64,000 nt of DNA from Nitrospirota bacterium. GTDB lineage: Bacteria > Nitrospirota > Thermodesulfovibrionia > Thermodesulfovibrionales > Dissulfurispiraceae. The translations under genes and the position numbers were made by a program. The stretch covers positions 1 to 64,000 of the forward strand of contig JBFLWF010000004.1 in NCBI GenBank assembly GCA_040758355.1, given 5' to 3'. This document shows positions 58,844-64,000 of this stretch, piece after piece (the stretch's first letter is position 1; every line of letters begins with the position of its first letter). The notes under the pieces were generated by a model. It did no database searches, was not told the origin of the DNA, and saw only the letters and a list, made by a program, of their open reading frames with translations.

Positions 58844-58964
58844 CTACACATATAATAATTTAATATTATTCTTTGGATTGAAGAAGTGCAGTTAGTTAAA
58901 TGGTAAGATTTTATAATTATAATTTGATATTGACATGGAAAGATTGCATAGTTTAAATTTCCAC

Positions 58965-59252
58965 ATGAAAATTAAAAGCATATTGGTTCTGATTGCTATA
59001 ATTGTCTCAATAGCATCGCCATTTCATCCCGCTGTTTCCTATGCATCAGACAGCAATGGAACAAAGATCTTCACTCTCGATGTATGCAACGCATCGAGCC
59101 CATCCCTGTCCGTAAATGCAGATATGCCGTTCGTTTACGAATGTCCGTGTAAACATATCTCTTTAGGATTTGCCAGCTTTTATGAAGGGTTAAACCCTGT
59201 ATTCAATACATTCCTTGTTGTCTTCCAGAAAGAATATCCTCCGGAAGTATAA
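58965..59252 (+). CDS. Putative metal-sensing ribosome-arrest leader peptide 2
   Basis: Paralog of 52996: signal peptide, VCN, DMPFVxECPC, FQKEYPP; TTGACA at 58930 and an AT-rich -10 just before ATG 58965. Confidence 0.65.
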   Translation: MKIKSILVLIAIIVSIASPFHPAVSYASDSNGTKIFTLDVCNASSPSLSVNADMPFVYECPCKHISLGFASFYEGLNPVFNTFLVVFQKEYPPEV

Positions 59253-59412
59253 TCTGTAGTTCCGAAGTTGCGAGTTGTTTTTCATCTTACAGGCATTTCT
59301 GTGTCTGTATTTCGGATTGTCCATTAGGACATTCCTCCCCGTTTGACTCGGCTCCACTTCGGGAATCAACTAAATCCATTTAAATTAATTTCTGGGGTGG
59401 AGCCACCTTTTT
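59250..59412 (+). promoter_or_regulatory. Attenuator RNA copy 2
   Basis: Stem 59350-59366/59388-59404 followed by accttttt; pairing kept despite substitutions. Confidence 0.7.
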
Positions 59413-59437
59413 AAAAAATCATAATCAGGAGGGTTGG

Positions 59438-61525
59438 ATGAGGTGTTTTCTATTGATATTATTATCTGTAGTGCTTTCTTGCAGCATTGTATTTGCAGAA
59501 GAAGCAAAGAAGCTTGAGGAAGTTGTTGTAACCGCAACGAGGACCGAGAGAACAACGGAAGAAATTCCAGCAGGCGTAAGCGTTGTGACAAAAGAGGATA
59601 TAAAAGACATGAGGATGTTCGGAGTAAGAGAGGCGCTTACAGGCATTGCGGGCGTACAGTCAGAGACAAAGAACGGAGGCTATGATGCGCGACTGATAAT
59701 AAGGGGCGCAGGCCTTAAGGCGAGATACGGCATAAGAGAGATCATGGTACTCCTTGACGGTGTTCCTCTCACAGATCCGGATGGCATGACAAATCTTGAT
59801 CGTGTCGACACCCAGCTTGTTGACAGGGTTGATGTTGTGAAAGGGCCAAATTCGACTCTTTACGGCGCAAATGCAGCAGGCGGCGTTATCAACATCATTA
59901 CCAAAAACCCATTTGAAGAAATAAAAAGCGTAAAAATCGGTTACGGCAGCGACAATACGCAGTTGTATAACCTGATTTACGGGACAAGTTTTGGCGGAAA
60001 AACTTATATCACGCTTTCCGGAAGCAGGCGCTCAACCGATTCATGGAGGGCATGGAATGAGTTCAGCACCAATCAGGCAGGCTTGAAACTCGGACACATG
60101 TTTGATGACAAAACCCTGCTTGAGGCGAACATCAGTTATACAAAGTCCGATTTTCAGCTACCGGGCGTGCTTACAAAGCCACAGTTTGACAGCGATATCA
60201 CACAGCTTACCAGCGAGAGGTGGAGACATTCCGGCAGGTACAGCGAGGTATTAAATACAAGCCTGAAGTTTGAAAAAGAGATTGGCAATGTGAAACTGAA
60301 GCCTCTTGCCTATTTCCAGTCATGGCATCATTACCATCCGGTTACGGCATTTATCAATGACGGAGGAGCAAATGTCTATGGCGCGGATATTCAGCTTGAC
60401 ATAAAGCACAAGATAGCAGGCATGGAAGGGGTGCTGACAGCAGGAATTACAGGACAGATAGATGAGGCGAGCGGAGATAAATATACTTATAGGGATGTGT
60501 TTCCATCTACCGCAAGATATCCTTCCACAGCAACCCTTGAGTATACCCTTTCCGATGAAAAGGATGCGCTTGCTGAAAAGAGCAGCGATACTACAACGAA
60601 GTGGGGTATTTATCTTCAGGAATCAATAAGGCCGTCTGATAAATGGATAATAGACCTCGGAGTGAGATACGACGAGGTGGGTTTTGATATCAGTACGGAC
60701 ACTTATATAAAGTATCGCTATGCCCCTCCTGGCGCTCCTAACAGGTATTATGCGAGCACAGAGACAATCAGAAGAGATAAGACTTTTGACTATGTGAGTC
60801 CGAGAGCAGGTGTTGTTTATAAGCTGAGCAAGATTTTTAATCTCTACGGCAATATTTCGACAGGGTTTCAGACTCCACAGTCATCTGAACTCAGCACCAG
60901 TTCAGACCTGAATCCTTCCGTGACTACCAATTACGAGGCAGGAGTAAAGGCAAGGTTTGACGGAGGACACAGTTTTGACCTTTCCCTATTTCATGCAATA
61001 GTGGATGACGAGATCGTGCAGATAAGGCAGCCTGACACCAGCACGACCTACAGCAATGCAGGCGAAACAAGAAAGAGGGGTGTTGAATTATCGGGCAGGG
61101 CGCAGGTATTAAAAGGTCTTTTCCTCGGGGGCTCTTATACATACAGCGATTTTAAATTTGTGAAGTTTACAGAGGTAATAAGCGGCGTCAACAGGAGCAG
61201 GGATGACAACAGATACCCTTATATCCCGATGCATCAATACAGCCTGTATGCTTACTACAAACACCCATCAGGCTTCAAGTTCAAGGTCGATACCTACACA
61301 TGGGGGAAATATTTTGTGGACAATGCAAACTCCGATACTTATAAAGGATATACATTCCTTACAAATGCCCTTATCGGATATGAGATGAAGAATTTTGATA
61401 TAACCTTTGATGTAAACAATGTCTTTGACAAGAGGTATGCCATGGAGGTGACAAAGGAGACAGACTTGAAATATCGGCCTGGAGCGCCTATGTCAATGAT
61501 GGGAAGGATAACATATAAATTTTAA
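59438..61525 (+). CDS. TonB-dependent outer-membrane receptor
   Basis: TonB box EEVVVTATR, plug (IRG, DG.P, KGP.S.LYG..A.GGVINIITK), C-terminal YKF. Confidence 0.93.
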   Translation: MRCFLLILLSVVLSCSIVFAEEAKKLEEVVVTATRTERTTEEIPAGVSVVTKEDIKDMRMFGVREALTGIAGVQSETKNGGYDARLIIRGAGLKARYGIREIMVLLDGVPLTDPDGMTNLDRVDTQLVDRVDVVKGPNSTLYGANAAGGVINIITKNPFEEIKSVKIGYGSDNTQLYNLIYGTSFGGKTYITLSGSRRSTDSWRAWNEFSTNQAGLKLGHMFDDKTLLEANISYTKSDFQLPGVLTKPQFDSDITQLTSERWRHSGRYSEVLNTSLKFEKEIGNVKLKPLAYFQSWHHYHPVTAFINDGGANVYGADIQLDIKHKIAGMEGVLTAGITGQIDEASGDKYTYRDVFPSTARYPSTATLEYTLSDEKDALAEKSSDTTTKWGIYLQESIRPSDKWIIDLGVRYDEVGFDISTDTYIKYRYAPPGAPNRYYASTETIRRDKTFDYVSPRAGVVYKLSKIFNLYGNISTGFQTPQSSELSTSSDLNPSVTTNYEAGVKARFDGGHSFDLSLFHAIVDDEIVQIRQPDTSTTYSNAGETRKRGVELSGRAQVLKGLFLGGSYTYSDFKFVKFTEVISGVNRSRDDNRYPYIPMHQYSLYAYYKHPSGFKFKVDTYTWGKYFVDNANSDTYKGYTFLTNALIGYEMKNFDITFDVNNVFDKRYAMEVTKETDLKYRPGAPMSMMGRITYKF

Positions 61526-61535
61526 AAAGGGGGAT

Positions 61536-61566
61536 TCAGTAAGGGGGACAAAGTCCCCCTTACTGA
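61536..61566. repeat. GGGGGAC-AAA-GTCCCCC palindrome, intergenic copy
   Basis: 14-bp perfect stem; related copies at 61637-61663 and 63752-63778. Confidence 0.65.
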
Positions 61567-61568
61567 TT

Positions 61569-62603
61569 ATGGAAATGCGATTCTTTTTGAGTTTAGTTGT
61601 AGTTTTAATTGCAGTGGTCAATTCTGAAGGAAATTTCGGAAGGGGGACAAAGTCCCCCTTCCGTGCAGAGGCTATGTTCCTCTCCGAAAATCCTCCTGCC
61701 GGACATTCAGGCGGCCATAAAGAGCACAGGGGTGGAGAAAGAAGCGATAGGAAAAGCGGGCAAAGAGGCGGCGAACATTCGGAGCACAGGGCTGCGCCCG
61801 TAAAAAAGTTTTATCTCAATATTCATGACCTTTCTGACAGCGCAAAGGCTTATGTCCTGCGGCCTGATGGCTCAATAACAGAAGGCAGATTAAGCCATGA
61901 CGAAGGCGCATGGAGCGTTACATTCGATACAAAACCGATGGACGGCTCGATGGATGGGGTTTTTAATGTCTATGTAGTGGACAAGCAGGTTTCCGACGGA
62001 ACGCTCCTTATCAGGGTTGCAAAGATGAATGCAATAAACCATAGCTGCGGATGGGGACATAAGTACAAATTCGATAAGGAAAGGCAGAGGCCGAAACATC
62101 TTGATTCAATACCGCTTGAGATAGTAGGTCATGACCTGTGGAACAGCTACTTTCATACGCAGACAATGTCAGGCGATAAATTTGTTTTTTCTGTGTTGCA
62201 TAACGGAAAGCCTGTCAGTGCCTCTGTTAAAGTGCGGACTCAGAGCGGATGGATGAAGATGTTCAAGACCGATGACGACGGCAAGGGTTCATTCCAGCTT
62301 ATAAGGGATTATTACCCTGAAAAGTGGAATGATTTCAAGGCAAGGAAGAGGAGCGGTTTCGTAATCACGGCAGAGTATGAGGCCGATGAAAAAGGCATGT
62401 ATGAAGGCAAGAGCTATAACAGGATCAAGCTTGTAACGACCATTCCATGGAGATACCAGCCCCAGCGCAGTGAATATACATCTTACGCATATGGTCTGGG
62501 AATAGCAGTTGCCTTTGCTATTGCCGGAGGTCTTGCTGTTTATATTCACCGTGAGAGGCGCAAGAGGCCTTACAGAGAGGTAAGGTTTAATGAGAAGAAT
62601 TAG
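61569..62603 (+). CDS. Exported protein with His-rich N-terminal region and C-terminal TM anchor
   Basis: Signal peptide, GHSGGHKEH...EHSEH, HSCGWGH, C-terminal TM. Confidence 0.65.
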   Translation: MEMRFFLSLVVVLIAVVNSEGNFGRGTKSPFRAEAMFLSENPPAGHSGGHKEHRGGERSDRKSGQRGGEHSEHRAAPVKKFYLNIHDLSDSAKAYVLRPDGSITEGRLSHDEGAWSVTFDTKPMDGSMDGVFNVYVVDKQVSDGTLLIRVAKMNAINHSCGWGHKYKFDKERQRPKHLDSIPLEIVGHDLWNSYFHTQTMSGDKFVFSVLHNGKPVSASVKVRTQSGWMKMFKTDDDGKGSFQLIRDYYPEKWNDFKARKRSGFVITAEYEADEKGMYEGKSYNRIKLVTTIPWRYQPQRSEYTSYAYGLGIAVAFAIAGGLAVYIHRERRKRPYREVRFNEKN

Positions 62604-63582
62604 GGAGTTTATCTATAGCGCAGACATAAATCGCTTCAGGATTTACTTCCAAGTATTCGCTTTCGGACTGCTCATATACGGAGGCTATCTGGCCATTGAT
62701 ATAAGCACAAACCTCCCGACCTTTGCCTGTCCTTTTGTAGGAAACAGCAGGGGAGGAACCTGCTATCTGTATCCGCTTCAACATCAGGTCAATATGCCTT
62801 TTGCACAGTTTATAGGCGGAAGGGGCATCGCCTTTTTGACAGGGCTTATAACGTTTGTGCTTCTGTTCATGCTTTTCAACAAGGCGTGGTGCGGGTTTGC
62901 ATGTCCCCTCGGCACAATTCAGGACTGGATAACAAAGCTGCGGAGCAAGCTCGGCACAAGATACAGCACATACCCTGAAGGCACATTTAACGGGCTGAAA
63001 AAAATAAAGTATATACTTCTTGCTCTACTCATTCTGTTGACGCTGGGCATGAGCAACGCTGTCCCGGGTATTGGGAAACTCTCCGAGGACTTCATGACTC
63101 CTTACTGTATGCTATGTCCAGGAAGGACAGTGCTTCCGATTTTCAATGGGGACATAAAACAACTCGTTGTGGATTTCAGTTCAAAGACAAAGCTTACCCT
63201 CACAGCGCTCGGCATGGCCGTTACAGGGACTTTTTTTGTGGGGGCGTTCGTTAAAAAACGCTTTTTCTGTTTTTTCTGTCCAATGAGCGCACTGCATTAC
63301 ATATTTTCGAAGGCTGGACTTTTGAGACTGATTAAGGACGGCTCAAAGTGTACGAAATGCGGCAACTGCTACAGGGTCTGCGATGTGGGGATAAAAGAGA
63401 TAGCGGATGACGTGGTCAGCAAAAACATAGTGAAGGATGACTGCATGATGTGTTTTAAATGCGTTGCAGCTTGCCCTGAGGAGAAGTGTCTTGATGTGAA
63501 ATTTTTAGGTTTGCCTGTTTATCGCTCTACAGAGCAGGGCTTTTTCAAAAGAATGGAGGGAAAAGTTAAAAATGGAAATTGA
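62590..63582 (+). CDS. NapH/MauN-like 4Fe-4S membrane protein
   Basis: WCGFACPLG, FCFFCP, CTKCGNCYRVC, CMMCFKCVAACP. Confidence 0.85.
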   Translation: MRRIREFIYSADINRFRIYFQVFAFGLLIYGGYLAIDISTNLPTFACPFVGNSRGGTCYLYPLQHQVNMPFAQFIGGRGIAFLTGLITFVLLFMLFNKAWCGFACPLGTIQDWITKLRSKLGTRYSTYPEGTFNGLKKIKYILLALLILLTLGMSNAVPGIGKLSEDFMTPYCMLCPGRTVLPIFNGDIKQLVVDFSSKTKLTLTALGMAVTGTFFVGAFVKKRFFCFFCPMSALHYIFSKAGLLRLIKDGSKCTKCGNCYRVCDVGIKEIADDVVSKNIVKDDCMMCFKCVAACPEEKCLDVKFLGLPVYRSTEQGFFKRMEGKVKNGN

Positions 63583-64000
63583 AAGACTCGAAAGAATAAA
63601 AAAGACAACTGCGGTTCATCTCGCAATGGAGGCAAAGGATGCCCTGAAAAAGATAACAGAGGATTTCCCGGATAATCCTGATGCAATGGAATACTTTTAT
63701 TCCCTGCTTCATAAGTTTTATACAGATGGCGAGCTTTTTAAAGAGGGGGTTCGTGGGGTAGACAAAGTCTCCACCACGCTCATAGGAACGATGTGCATTC
63801 AGGTTCCTGAAGAGCTTATCTATGCAGCAGGAGCAAGACCGATAAGATTATGCAGCGGCGCTTACGCATATGATCAGACAGGCGCTGAATTCATGCCTGC
63901 GAAGTCATGCTCTCTGGTTAAGGCAACACTGGGGATGCTGAATATCAAAAATATGCCTTTCAAGGATTCATTGAGCGCCATAATAGTCTCTACAACCTGC
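63572..64000 (+). CDS. 2-hydroxyacyl-CoA dehydratase / double-cubane cluster protein family (partial, runs off window)
   Basis: Not in the ORF track; GTMCIQVPEELIYAAGARPIRLCSG...PAKSCSLVK...STTC. Confidence 0.8.
   Translation, partial: MEIERLERIKKTTAVHLAMEAKDALKKITEDFPDNPDAMEYFYSLLHKFYTDGELFKEGVRGVDKVSTTLIGTMCIQVPEELIYAAGARPIRLCSGAYAYDQTGAEFMPAKSCSLVKATLGMLNIKNMPFKDSLSAIIVSTTC

Noticed and set aside
58935..58964. ORF-track start for leader peptide 2
   Set aside because: It overlaps the -35/-10 promoter region; alignment with the paralog and the signal peptide favour ATG 58965.
736..62784. Numerous minus-strand and nested ORFs in the track (e.g. 7339-8064, 30522-31283, 51181-52047, 54274-55059)
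   Set aside because: They are antisense or alternative-frame shadows of well-supported + strand genes and have no recognisable motifs.
1..64000. tRNA, rRNA or CRISPR arrays
   Set aside because: None recognised; intergenic spaces are short and explained by promoters, hairpins or repeats.

Overview
Almost entirely + strand chromosomal region, probably from an anaerobic or microaerophilic Gram-negative bacterium. The gene style suggests Nitrospirota/Thermodesulfovibrionia or Desulfobacterota, but that is inference. Four blocks: (1) 1-12.5 kb: ion/anion transporters (DASS, ArsB/NhaD, NhaD, TauE), an LCIB-type carbonic anhydrase homolog and a multi-component phosphorelay. (2) 12.5-21.6 kb: a hyf-like Ehr complex lacking NiFe ligands, interrupted by toxin-antitoxin genes and remnants. 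(3) 22-29.5 kb: Crp/Fnr regulator, corrinoid protein, degenerate MtaA-like protein, DUF1638, ASKHA corrinoid reactivase, Cys-rich GAF kinase and a sigma54 activator. (4) 29.9-64 kb: a large nitrous-oxide-respiration and copper-handling island (flavo-FeS oxidoreductase, Rieske/cyt b, c-type cytochromes, Tat-type nosZ, split nosR with a nosR'-nosD fusion, nosFY, two nosL, Cu-ATPase, TonB receptor). Signals not visible in the ORF track: an in-frame UGA with a bacterial SECIS hairpin that makes the SCO protein a SCO-DUF1573 selenoprotein; three sigma54 promoters, each with the same 18-bp activator site 63-65 bp upstream; and two paralogous CPC...(R/Y)PP leader peptides, each followed by a near-identical 120-nt antiterminator/terminator RNA. 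Leading hypothesis: a cobalamin-based N2O-sensing system drives a sigma54 nos/copper regulon, with a second layer of copper-responsive ribosome-stalling attenuation.
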